From Salpingoeca rosetta (Eukaryota; Protista; Choanoflagellata): a stretch of DNA of 64,000 bases. Position 1 is the first letter of the stretch. Every line of letters begins with the position of its first letter. The notes beneath the pieces are model-generated. The model did no database searches. It saw only the letters and a program-made list of their open reading frames with translations, and was not told where the DNA came from. The stretch is taken from the NCBI GenBank assembly GCA_033442325.1, contig JAWQFM010000013.1, positions 526,070 through 590,069 of the forward strand, written 5' to 3'. The translations under genes and the position numbers were made by a program. Positions 22,605 through 35,597 of the stretch are shown here, piece by piece.

Positions 22605-22869
22605 CCTTTTGCGTGCCAGTTCAACCCTCTCACCTGCACACATACGTGCGGTTACATGTGTTCTTGCTTTCTTGCTCTTGCTCAATCCACGTGGACCTTC
22701 CGCTAGGGTCGTTCTTTGCCAAGGACAACGTCAACAGGTTTCTTGCGTGGTGCGCGCGCTACGTGGACAAGAGCTTGCTGTTCAAGCTGCATGATCTCAA
22801 CGGCCACCCAGACAGAGACGGCGCTGTCCTCGGCTGGTGCGTTGTTGTGGGATTAAGGATGCTTTGCGC

Positions 22870-22911
<42 letters not shown>

Positions 22912-23416
22912 GCGTGTGTGTGTGCGTGTGTGTGTGCGTGTGTGTGTATGTGTGTGTGTGTGTGTGTGTGGAGTGTGTTGCATGTTTGGGTGTGGGCTTC
23001 AGATTCAGAGGTGTGCGCTGTTTAGGGCGCTTTTGCGACGCTAGTGCATGTGTGAATGTGCTCGTTGCGTTCGTGTATGCGCGCGCGTGTGTGTGTGCAC
23101 GCTTGAGGCTGTATCAATATCGAGGGTGCAGCCCATGCCACAGAGCACGATCTGAAGAGCTGAAGCTTCCCTCACATGTCCACGCTTGCACTGCGTCTGT
23201 CCACTCGCAGCTTGACGCGTCTGGCGCGGTCGCAGGTGGCCTCCACGACACCACTTGATGCAGTGGAGCACAGCGTCCTTGCCGGCACTTACGAGCCAGG
23301 TGCCGTGATGAGTTGGCGAGAGGGCAATGCCAGCCGATTCATCGTCACCGCAGAAGCACACACACACACATGCCGACATGCTTACGTGCACATGCCTGCA
23401 TGCATACGCGCACGCA

Positions 23417-23474
<58 letters not shown>

Positions 23475-26400
23475 TACATATACACACACACACACGTCCA
23501 CATGCATGTTTCCTTTGCCAGATGTTGCTACGGTTACGGCTGCAGCAAATGCGGTGCTGTCGGACCACAACGGGACAGTTGGCGACCACCAAGGCAACGG
23601 CGCCTTTGTCATTACGAACGCGACAACGAGCGACCAACAATCGCTCGTCCTCGCCATGGTGGATCAGGTACGAACACATGTTGGTGCGTGTGTGTGTGCA
23701 GGGGTATTTGCTGATAGTGATGGGAATTGTCGTCCAGCGAACTCACAATCCATGCATGCACACATTCAAACCCCGTCACACAAACAAACACATGTCCACA
23801 TTCGCACAACATTTATTCAACCAACCCCCCACCCACCCCACCCACCCCACACACACACACACACGCACCAGGCCGTGTTTGCGTGTCCACGTGAGGCGGC
23901 CACAGCGTCTCCGTTCGTGTGGTCGCCGCTGCAACGTTTTGTTGCATCAGACACAAGGCCCCGCGGCTCCGTGGCCAAAATCCTCGAGGTCTTCAGATCT
24001 CCACACAGAGCAGGTCAGGAGATGGCACGATACTATGCACACACATAGTGTCACGGTGTCTGTCAGTCTGTTTGTCTATCTGTCTGTGTGGTTGTCTGTC
24101 TGTCTGTCTGTGTGTTTGTCTGTCTGATTGTCTGATTGTTTGTCTGCTGTCTGTCTTTTTCTCTCTCTCGCGCGCTCTTCCCAACTCTCTACGCTCTTCC
24201 CGTCTTTTTCGTGCTCTTCCCGTCTCTCACACAAGCTGTACAACCTACGCAAGCCACACCTCACACATTTCTGCGTCATTGCCTGCATGCATGCATGCAT
24301 GTACAGGTCACCACCACCAGCACCAGCAGCAGGAGAAACCCGCACCGCCACCGCGTCACACAAAGCCAGAACTGAAGACAGTGCCCTCCCAGACGCTGGA
24401 CGCCAAAGCACAGCGAGCAGATGCCCATGCTGATGGTAATGCGGACACGCAAACATCTGCTGCTGTCACAGCGGAACAAACATCCGGGGAGGAGGCACGC
24501 CACGTGGCTGCAGAGACCACAGCCGACACGAGCAACAACACCGTTGCTGTGAGCGAGCAGCCTCATCCCGCCGCTCATCACGCTCATCGCGACATTGCCT
24601 CCAATGGGTGTAACCCAACGTCAAGCACAATGGCTGATGCAACAGAACCGAGCGTGCTTTCGGCGTCATCCGCAGCGCCATCATTGTCGCCATTGATGAG
24701 CGGTGAAGCGGACACAAACTCCATCGACAGCGACGATTCTGAGGCATCACAGTCACTTCAATCGTCTGGTGGGTGCCGCTGTTCTTGTGTTTGTTGTCAA
24801 CGATGGCATTCGTCACTTGGCAGCAGACATTGCGCGCGCGCACACACGCACACACACACACACACACACGCACACACACACGCACACGCACACACGAATG
24901 CAAACGAGCAAACTCGCGGGCAAGAGTGTGCATTCCTATTGTTCCTCCGTGTCAAACTGTACCCATAGCCCTGACCTCACAACCACACCCACAACCACAA
25001 CCCACGCGCGCACACAACCATGCTGTGCAGATGCGAGCTGCCTTGCACGGGGACCACAACGGCCGCTGCCGCTTCCAAAGCCGCGGCGGGCCAGTGCAGC
25101 AACAGACGGCGGCAATGGCAGTAGCTATGGCAGTGCAAGTCGTAAGACGAGCACGTGCTCCTACATGTCGTCCTCTGGTGCTGCCAGCAGTGGGGAGGCA
25201 ACATCACCGACAGAGCCTGCAGGCATGTGGGCAGCGTTGAAGCCACAACTGCGTGCTGCAAGCAGTCGCGCATCGTGCTTTTCGTTTGCGGGATCCACCA
25301 CAAATGCCACGCCCACGTGGTCAACGCGTACCTCGGCTGCCGACGTGCTTGCAGGCATGAAGAACTCCCTTCCGCTGCCACGCAAGCTTCGGCACCGCAG
25401 AGAATCGGAACAACAACAACAACAACAGCAGCAGCAACCACAGCAGCAGGAGCAACAGGAGCAGCAGGAAGCATGTCAGACTGCAGCAGAGGAAACACAA
25501 CCCAGCACGGCGCCTTCCACGCCCACACTGCGTCCCCACAACGAGGCGGAGGGAGGTAACATTGAGAAGGTCAGCAAGCAAAGCAGCGTGGAAACGATTC
25601 GACACGTTAGCTCCAGCGAAGCAGACACGACATCAACTGCAGCATCGAGTGGTCAGGGGAGCAGTGTGGACGCGCGTGTGTTCGCAACAAGCACCAGCAA
25701 GAGCACAGCAGAGGCTGGACGCAAGGCTGTTGGCGGCGCTGACAACACTGAAGCAGCAGCCGACACTGTGCTGCTGACGCAGGTTTGTTTGAGATGACCG
25801 TCGTGCAAGCCTTCTTTTGCTTGCAAGCACGTGACCTGCAGTGTGTGCGGCGTGCGGTTGTGTATGTGTATGTGTATGTATGTGTATGTGTGTGTATGTG
25901 TGTGCGTGTGGATAGTTGAGCAAAACACAACACAAAAACCAACACTCTGGGTCACGAGAAGCTCCACGGTGTGTGTGCGTGCGTGTGTGTATGTGTGTGT
26001 ATGTGTGTGTATGTGTGTGTGTGTGTGTGTGTTCTGTTGCAGCTACGCAACCCCAACTAACCGTTGCACCCATTCCCGCGACGCGTGTGCTTTAGGAGGA
26101 GCTTCAATCACGATTGGAGGAATATGCGGAGCAAAAACTGAAGCGCACGGAGCGCGACCACCAGGAAGCCTTGACGCGCCTCGAATACGAGTGCGTTGCC
26201 TTGTGTTGTGTTGTGTTGTGTTGTGTTGTGTTGTGTTGTGTTGTGTTGTGTTGTGTTGTGTTGTATTGTGTTGTGTTGTCTGACTATTGGCGTCTTTGAG
26301 AGTGCTTGTGCCACACTGCATGTGTGGTTCTCCATGCTTTTCACTACCAAGCTGCTTTTGCCATGCCATGCTGCTATCACCTCGTCATTCACTTCAAGAC

Positions 26401-28005
26401 TTGACTCATTATTTATCTCCTCTCCTCTCGCATTTGCGCCTGTACAGGCGAGATGACTTGCAGCGACGACTGCAAGCACTGGAGGAAGCAGCAGAAGAGG
26501 TGAGCACGTGCAAACACTCAGAGCAACACGCACACACATATACACACGCACACACACACACATACGCACACACACATACGCACACACACATACGCGCGCA
26601 CACACGCACGCACGCACACACGCACGCACACACACCGTGGAGCTTCTCGTGACCCAAAGTGTTGGTTTTTGTGTTGTGTTTTTCTCAGCTATCCCTTTTT
26701 TATCAATTCATCTGCGCGCTGTTGTGTTGTTGGTTTTGTTGACAACGCGATCAGGTTGAGAGTTCATATGACGAGAAGCTGAAGAAGATGCAGAAGCAGC
26801 GCGATGACGCCAAGAAAATTGCAAACATGCTGCAGGACAGCATTGCAAACTTGCGCATGGTACGTGCACGTGCACGTGCATGCGTGCAACGTAAAGGGCG
26901 ACTGCACGTGTGTGTGTGTGTGCTTGTGTTGTCGTACCTTGTCTTGTGTTGTACTTCATTGTGCGACGTATCACTGTGTTGGCCGATTTGTTGCTAAAGA
27001 CCCCCTCTCCTACCAGCAACTCACCCCACTTGCTTTTCATACACTCGCTCGCTCATTCATACACTCACTCGCGTATTCACACACACACACACACTAACGC
27101 ACTGTGCCATGTATCACAGGATCTTGCGGACAGCAAGAATGAGTCTGCTGCGCGCATTGCTGAGTTGGAACAAGAGCTAACAGAGGCAAAGGAAGCGGCG
27201 GCAGTGGTCACCCCGTCATCGTCCACGGAATCAACCGCCACACCGGCGCCATCACCTGCTACAGCAGCCACACCTGCTTCAATCACGCCACATACTTCGC
27301 AGCACGACACGACCGCCGAGCGCGAGGAGCCCATGTTCCTGTCCCGCCTCAAAGCATCCGTCAAGTGAGTGGGGAAAGGGAGGGGAGGAAAGAGTGGAAG
27401 TAAGAGGGAAGAATGAAAAGACGTGAAGGGATTGGTGGTGGAAAGGGAAGGGATGGGAAGGGAAGGGGAAGGGAAGCAGTGGACACTGTGTGCTTTTGAG
27501 CCACGACACTCGCTCACGCATACGTGACACGTGTCCTGCCACTCTCGTGCGCGCCTTCTTGGCTCATGTGGGTGCGACCTGACTGTACGATGTGTCATAA
27601 CTTGCTTGCAGGCAATCGTGTGATGACATGCGCAAGGGCCTCAATTCTGCGGACGACGGCGCAGCAGCAGCAGAGAGGATCCGTGAGCTGGAAGCAGCGC
27701 TGGCAAACGCCGAGGAGGAGTTCCAGACGCAGCGGGCAGCCAACGGGTTTCGCATGGTGTCCTTGTCCTCGCAGGTGTACACGTTGGAGCAGGCCAACCA
27801 GGACCTGGAGAGGCAGATTGCCACGCTGCGGTCGTCACTGACAGATGCGCTTGTGCAGCACCTGCTTCCACTCTCCAACCTCAAGACGACACAAATCCAG
27901 CAGATGCTGCACTCGGCTTCCTGCCCTGCTGCGACCGGGGAGGACGCGAGCGCAGGCAGTGCACACGAGCACGTTGCAGTTCCGCAGGGCAACACCTTGG
28001 TTTAG
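21529..28005 (+). CDS. GAS2-family calponin-homology protein with low-complexity middle and C-terminal coiled coil
   Basis: CH motifs [11 protein letters not shown] and [16 protein letters not shown] match the GAS2-type CH domain. Later exons encode heptad-rich helices ([28 protein letters not shown]). Confidence 0.75.
25910..25989 (+). repeat. Intronic inverted repeat, left arm
   Basis: ggatagttgagcaaaacacaacacaaaaaccaacactctgggtcacgagaagctccacggtg... matches the reverse complement of 26615-26694 at 77 of 80 positions (manual alignment). Confidence 0.92.
26203..26279 (+). repeat. (GTTGT)n pentanucleotide microsatellite, intronic
   Basis: Directly visible. Confidence 0.95.
26615..26694 (-). 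repeat. Intronic inverted repeat, right arm
   Basis: ...caccgtggagcttctcgtgacccaaagtgttggtttttgtgttgtgtttttctcagctatcc is the reverse complement of 25910-25989. Confidence 0.92.
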
Positions 28006-28497
28006 GGCATTGATAGATTGATCATCAGCGGCATGAATGCTTGATTACATCTATGAATGGTTTTTTGTGTTGCTTCCTTTCTTCTTTTGCTTGTTTGCTT
28101 GTGTGTTGCTTGTTTGCTTGTTTGCTTGTGTGTTGTTGGGTTCTGTTGTTGCCATCTCTGCGATGCGCGTTCCCTCCCTTGTTTTCCCATTCTCCCATTG
28201 TTCCGTCCTGTTCTCACTGGCCCAAAGACCTGTGTCTGGGTGTCTCAGCCTTTCTTGCTTTTCACCATCCCTAAAACGGCGCTTCACACCAACCGCAAGC
28301 CGCAAGCAAGGGGGAGAAGAGGGTGAAAGGGTGAAGAGAAGAGGGTGAAGAAGAAGAGGTCTGAAGAAGAAGAGGGTGAAGACTGCCAGCAGCGCGCAGC
28401 CACACCGCTTTGCGGAAACGTGTTGGATATCATTCAATAATTGTCCGCAAACAACTGCGCACGTTGGGGAAGAGTGCAGCAGTGAACGACGACGATA

Positions 28498-28729
28498 ATG
28501 GAGACGAAGGCAATGGCGCACGGTTATGGCGCAGGGAGGAGGCGAAGGGCCACAGGACACGATGAGCGCATCAACATCTACATCACATGTGGCCAGCCAC
28601 TCATCTGGTCCCCAGAAGGTGCGCCCATGAGCAGTGCATGCGTGCGTGTGTGTGTGTGTGTGTTATGTGAGTTTGTGCATGTGTGTGTGTGTGTGTTGCA
28701 CCTGTTCAAGGCAACAGAGGCTCATCCGT

Positions 28730-28821
<92 letters not shown>

Positions 28822-28927
28822 CTTTCCTTTTGTCTACATTGGCGTGCAGAGCAAGAAGTGCTGCGAAAACAGTACAACATCGTCTGCTATCCAATCGGAA
28901 CATTGCCCAACAACGTCACACAGGTGC

Positions 28928-28964
<37 letters not shown>

Positions 28965-31024
28965 CGTGTGCGTGCTGTGTGAACTTTGCCTTCTTGTGTC
29001 CTTGTGCACATGTGTGTGTGTGTGTGTGTGTGTTCACCTTGCGCTCGAGATACTCGTCCTCATCACTGCACGCGCCCTTTTTCCAATCCCGCTGTGCACA
29101 GAACATCTTTAAAGGCGTTCCTTACATGATTGACAAAGAGGCAGTGCGCCTACTTCTTGATTTCGGTGCGTGTGTGTGTGTGTGTCATGAGAGGGAACTG
29201 GCACATGGCATGCGTCTCCCTTGCCACATTCGCAACCCCATGTATGCTGATGACACGTTCACGTCCCCTGCCCACCTCTTAGACAAGGCGCAGCTGTGGA
29301 GCGGCGACGATCTGGCTCCGTTGCTGCCTATGGACGTTGCCTCACTGCAGCGGCATCGCCTCGACAGCATCATGCTCCAGGTAACGAGCATACACGCACA
29401 CGCACACGCACACACACATACAACAGCATGTGTGAATGTGCGCGCTCTGGTGGTTGTGCACACACACGATATCCAAGGTTTCTGACCAACACACTGCTCA
29501 CAGAAAGGCCTGCATGCTGCTGTTGTGTCGTCGTCGTCGTCGTCGTCGTCGTCGTTGTTGTTGTTGTTGGGTGTGGCAGCTGGACCATTTCCTGTATGGG
29601 ACGCGCGGCTCAAGGCTGCACTTATCCGAGGACAATGCACCGAAGAAAGCCAAGCGGGGAGCTCAGGATGGCGGCAGGACGATGCACCACGACGGTGGCA
29701 CTGGCGATGGCGGTGATGACAATGAATGTGATGACGATGATGATGCTGACGACGATGGTGACGATGTGCAGGATGGTGGTGATGCGAATGTGGGAACAGG
29801 CGCAGATGTTGACGACGATGGTGACGACCGTAATGAAGCGGGGAATGCGAGCGGACCAAGCGAAGGCGGAGCAGAGCCCAAATCGCGAGCGCGGCGGGTG
29901 GTATCATGGGTCCTAAATCGTCTGGACGTGCAACGCTGGCTTCCGGTAAGCACACACACACACACACACACACACACGTGGACAAAAACACACGTGAAAC
30001 CGAACGCACACACACGTGAACACACACACACTCACTCACTCATACACACACACACACACACTCACTCACTCATACACACACACACACACACACTCACTGT
30101 GTGTTCAGTTTCCGTGGACGGAGCGCGGGCGGGCGCTGGTGCAGAAGGACATGGATGCATTCAAGGCCCTCGACCCAGACCGCGAGCAGCCGCCAACACA
30201 CAGCGATGACAACGACGACAAGGGCGGCGGTAATGATGATGGCGATGGTGAAGAGAAGGAGGGCGTGCGCGGTAGTGATAGCGCAGCACACAGTGCGAAT
30301 GACACATCAGCACCAGGGCAGGTCGGGTCTTCGGCGTCACGGGAGGTGGTGTGGTGTAATGCACGGCGTGACATGGGTGCCCGTCTGGCATCGTGTCGTG
30401 TTGTTGTGCCGCACGTTGCCGCTGCCCTGCGTCACCGCCGCCGCCCTTTCCTCAAGCGCGCGTTCAAGTTCCCGGAGACGGCAGAAGAGGTGACACGTGC
30501 AGCGTGGAAATTCGGGAGGGGAGGGAGAGTGTCATTGATGTGTACGTACGTGTGTTTCTTGTGTACGTGTGTGCGTGTGTGTACGTGTGTGTGTGTGTGC
30601 GTGTGTGTGTGCGTGCGTGTGTGTGTGTGTTCTCTGTTGAGCGTGTTTGTGTTGCGCTTGTTGTGAGTGTTGTATGCATGTGAGCAAAGCCCTCCCCCGC
30701 CGCCCATTTGGCCATGGCCACACCTGCTCACCTCCCCAGCTCACCACGTCATCACACCCTCCACCGGATCAACAGAAGCGCCACTACGCCGTGTATCGTG
30801 ATCTCGTCATGCGCGGGTACTTTCTCGGGCCCGGCATGAAGTTTGGTGGACACTACCTCGTCTACCCGGGCGACCCATACCGCTACCACTCACACTTTGT
30901 AGCCATTGTTGTTGATCACGCCGGCCCAATCCACCCACTTGACATTGTCGCAGCTGGCCGCCTCGGTGCGTGTGCGTGCATGCGTGTGTGCGTGTGTGCG
31001 TGTGCGTGCGTGCGTGCGTGCGTG

Positions 31025-31111
<87 letters not shown>

Positions 31112-31292
31112 CCCGAACCGTTCATTCCCCCCTGAGTACAGCTGTAGCGTTCCGTCCACCTCCTGTTCTCACCTCCTGTTCTTGCGTGAATGTTTGACAG
31201 GTACTGTTGTGAAGAAGGCGCCACTGCTGTGTTCTGTGGATGACGATGGAAACGTGCACTACCTCTCTTTGCAGTGGACCGGGATGAACTGA
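28498..31292 (+). CDS. TSEN34: tRNA-splicing endonuclease subunit Sen34
   Basis: GTLPNNVTQNIFKGVP and YRDLVMRGYFLGPGMKFGGHYLVYPGDPYRYHSHF..GRLGTVVKK, with the Tyr/His/Lys triad intact. Confidence 0.95.
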
Positions 31293-31856
31293 TGCTTGCA
31301 GGCATCAAGAACGCAGTATAGCCGCTTCAACACGCCACCCATGTGTGTTGTCCGACCCCTACGGTACAGAATAAATAAATAATGTGCACTCACGTCAGCC
31401 CGAGCACGCATCGTGTTTGTCTCTCTACCTTTCTCCTCCTTCTCCTTCTCCTTCTCCTTCTCCTTCTCCTTCTCCTTCTCCTTCTCCTTCTCCTTCTCTC
31501 TCTCTCTCGCTCGCTCTTTTACTTGTGTACTGCTTTGAGGCAGCAAGACGGGTGTACATATACACGCACGATGGGTGTCCAAGGAAAGAGAAGGAAGGGG
31601 GGATGTGATGTGACATGAAACGCAGGTGCACACAGGAAAAAAAGAGGGGAAGCAGTGGGAGGGCACAGTCGCGATCTTGCGCGCATATGGCACGGCGGAT
31701 GCTGGGCAGCGCAGCCAACCCCAAAGAAAGCAGGATGGGTGAAATGATCGAAACGACCAAGGAGAAATGAGAAAATGAGGAATTGTTGGAGACGGTTGAA
31801 GAAGGTGCGACCACATGCAAGCAACACTCACGCTTGCAGCGGCCAAGGCGGCAGCG

Positions 31857-33415
31857 TTACTCGTGGTGGCACTCCTCGGGCACGTCAAATGCCTGCAAGC
31901 AACGGAGGTGTGTGCAGGTTGAGGTGGGTGGTTGGTGGTGAAGATTATTTGGTCACAAAACAAAAGAAACGCTTGAAGAGGCGCGGCAAGAAGTACATGA
32001 ACACATGAGCTTTTACACATACAGACAGCCAAACAGACACACATCCCTACCTTCTGGTCCGGCTTGGAGGCATCAAACTTGCGGAAGAAGAAGCGAGAAA
32101 AGTCGTGGACGGATTCGCGCTCAAAGGCAACGGGGGTGTTTGGATCCGTCTTGCCAACCGCAACGAAGAGACGCGTGCCACCGAAGCGGGCCTCCCACGC
32201 GTCGAGAGTGCGCTCACGCACGCGGTGCTCGCCGATATACGTTGCGTTGCGCACCCAGTCGAACGGGTGTGGGGCGCTGCCACGAAGCTCGCGCTCCTCA
32301 CAGTGGCGCATGTCCTCGCTGTTGATGGTGTACTCGCGGTGGAGGTCATAGCGCTGCAGGCCGAGCACGTGCAGCACGTGCATGCGGTCGCGGAAGTCGT
32401 ACCGCTCGACAGCCTTGCCATCCTGCTGGTCGTGTGCCCAGAAGCCCTCGCCAAAGTGCGTGGCGTTGTGGCTGTCCTCGTGGAACTCCACTTCAATCTC
32501 GGACATGAAGGTGTCGGGGATGTTGGGGCGGGGTGGGTCGGCGGCGAGCAGGACGCCGGCGTTGTGCTGGCACTCCTCGGGGATGTTGAAGAAGCGGGAG
32601 GGCGGGGTGGTGGTGTTGAAGTCGCGGAAGTGGTAGCGGGTCATCTCGTGTGCAGATTCGCGCTCGGAGACAACGGGGCGGTTGGGGTCGCTCTTGCGCA
32701 CGCCAACGAACAGACGAACGTTGCCGAAGCGGCTCTCCCACGCATCAAGCTTCTCGCCGTGGTGGTCCTGTTTGAAAACGAGTTTGTTTGTCACAGGTGA
32801 GCTTGACTTACATTAACAGCGATGACGGAAACAGGTAGCCAGGAGAGGGAAACAGACAGCCAAGACAAGGGCTTAAACTGGGGGAGCAAGCGCGTGCGTG
32901 CATGTTCTGCAAACACACATGCACAGTTCACAGAGGCATTCGGCTGCAGATGTTGCGCGTACACAAAACAGCAAGGACATGTACAAAGGTGTGCGCACAA
33001 TACTGAACACTGGTGAACACCAGTAATGTGAACGCACGTGCTCGCCGACGTAGTGGGCGTCCTTGACCCAGGCAAACGGTGCAACGAAGGAGCTGTTGAG
33101 GTCATGGACGCGGCAGTCGTGGGGGTCCTCGCTGGAGATGAAGAACTCCTTCTTGAGGTCCCAGCGCTGGAGGCTGAGGAGGTGGAAGACGCGGAAACCC
33201 TCGTGGAAGTCGTAGCGCTCCGCAGAGCGGCTGCCGGCGGCGTCGGAGGCAAAGAAGCCCTCGCCAAAGCGCGTGCGGTCGCGTTCATGCAGCTCGACCT
33301 CAGCCATGGAGAGGAAGGTCGCAGGGATGTTGGGCCGGGGCGGCTCCTGCGCCAGCACACCCGGCGTCGCTGCGATCGCAGCCACAAAAACAGCCAGCAC
33401 AACAAGCAAGCGCAT
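31857..33415 (-). CDS. Secreted ependymin-related (EPDR-like) protein with two tandem domains
   Basis: Exons 33415-33038, 32767-32051 and 31892-31857. Signal peptide MRLLVVLAVFVAAIAA, then two homologous ~175-aa units each starting PPRPNIP and ending F.(I/V)PEEC. Confidence 0.75.
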
Positions 33416-34105
33416 CGCTGGTACTGGAACAAGCCTCAGATGAGAAGGTGAGAAAGCTGAGAAAGGTAAAAGGTCGTTGTTGTTTGTTTGGTCTGCTGTG
33501 CATGGGATCGTGGGAAATGAGGGTGCACAGTGTGTGTTGTGAGTTGTGAGTTGAGGCAAGCAACAAGGCCAAAGAAGAGGCTCAGAAAGGAAGAAGAAAG
33601 AAAGGCGCTCATGGGGTGGGGTGGCGCAGTAGCAGCACAAGAGTGCAGTGGCTTGCTTCAGTGCAGCTTCTTGCTTGTTGTGCGTTGTTTTTTTTGTTTT
33701 GGGAGAACGGGTGACATTTAGGTGACAGCGGTGGCGATGTCGCGATGTTTGGGGGGAAATGACGTAATTGTGGCTTTTGTGGTGTCGCATGCGAAAATGC
33801 GCGGCGCGACCGGCGGGGTTTTTCGTGAACGATGCTGATGTGCAAGACAACATGGCAGCAAGCCAGCAGCACCACAAGCACAAGCAGCACAAGCAGCACA
33901 AGCAGCACAACATGTTGCAGCCACACGGACACAGCCGTGGTGTGACATGAGAGAGATGTGGAGGTGGCTCAGTTGTTAAAAGGTGAGTTAGTTAGTCAGG
34001 GGTTCACACGACACATATCCCACGCCCGCCCACTCTTACCACGTACGTCGTCGCCAACACACCACGACCACAGACGAGAAGGAAGTGCGCTGACAGGCCG
34101 ACAAG

Positions 34106-34728
34106 ATGGGGGATGGCACGGTGACGGGCGAGCACGCAAGCCCACTTGCAGCAAAGAAGGTGTTGGTGATTGGAGCTGGCGCAGCTGGGCTGGCGTGCGC
34201 ATGGAGCCTTGCGCGGTTCCCAGACAAGTTTGAGGTGCATGTGTGGGAGAAGGAGGCGCAGGCCGGTGGCGTGTGCACCTCGGAGGACGTGGGCAACGGC
34301 GACTGGATCAACGACGGCGTGCAGGGCGCTGCGCCATCCTACAGGAACACGTTCCTCTTCCACGACCAGTTTGGCTTCAAGCACGAGCCCGTGCACATGA
34401 AGGTGGCGTTTGGCAAGGGCCCCACAGCATGGAACAACGTTGCGCCAACGCCGCTCATCCACGAGCACCAGCGCGAGATTGAGCGCTTCGGCCGTGTGCT
34501 CAAGCACATCATGCGGCTCAAGTTCATCTACGCGTTCATCCCCATCCGCCGCGTCCTGGCCCTGCACCGCTTCTCCAAGTCTTTCCGCGACCACCTCGTC
34601 TTCCCTCTCACGGCACTCTTCTTCGGCACGGGCAACCAGGTGTGGTGACGTGGCTTTTGACATGCGTGGCTTTTGACAAGCGTGGCTTTTTGACATGCGT
34701 GGCGTGCGCCCGAAACACCCCCAACCCC

Positions 34729-34771
<43 letters not shown>

Positions 34772-35520
34772 TTTTGACTTTACTTCTTCTTGACCGCACC
34801 TTCATTGTCGGCATTGTGTTGTGCAAATGTCAACGCCACCCATGACACGCCCTTTCCTTGCGACGTCTGCTCTGTATTGTACAGACGCCACGTGTATCGT
34901 CTGTGGTTGTTGCCAGCGTGTTCTTGGACCCGGACGTGCGTCTGTTTGACTACGACCCAGAGCGGCTGCTCAGCCAACAGCCCGACTTTTACGCCTTCAA
35001 GAAACTCTCAGACGTCTACGGCACCATCGCAGGTGCGCATGCACATATTGTGTGTTGTATGCTGTGCGTGCGTGCGCATGTGTTGTGTATGCTTGTGTTG
35101 TGTATGAGGTGAACACGTGACCCCTTTGTGCATGATGCACACGCGCTTGCCGCACAGTGTGCGGGTTTGTGCGCGTTACTGCGTTCTGATGTGTCGACTG
35201 CTCTGTACGCTGGATCCCGAAAATGTGGTTGAGTGTCTACACCGACAAGCGATTGCTGCAACACCTTCATGTCCTTCATGTACACTTCATCATGCAGGCG
35301 GGATTGGTGCGCACATGCACTACAACCGGCCAATTGCGCAGATTCGGCGCAGGAACAACAAGGTGCATGCCACGGACGGCGCCGGTGTTGAGGAAGTGTT
35401 TGACGAGGTCGTCTTCTCCTGCAACGCGGAAGCAGCGCTCAAGTCCCTCCAGCGGCCAAGGTGTGCACGTGTGCATGTGAATCTTGGAGGAGGGGGGAGG
35501 GTAGGGTGCGCGTGTAGCGT

Positions 35521-35597
<77 letters not shown>

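Noticed and set aside
34650-34702. Short direct repeats (gtggcttttgaca.gc x3) and similar arrays as CRISPR-like
   Set aside because: Contiguous intronic minisatellites with no spacers and no cas genes, in a eukaryotic context.
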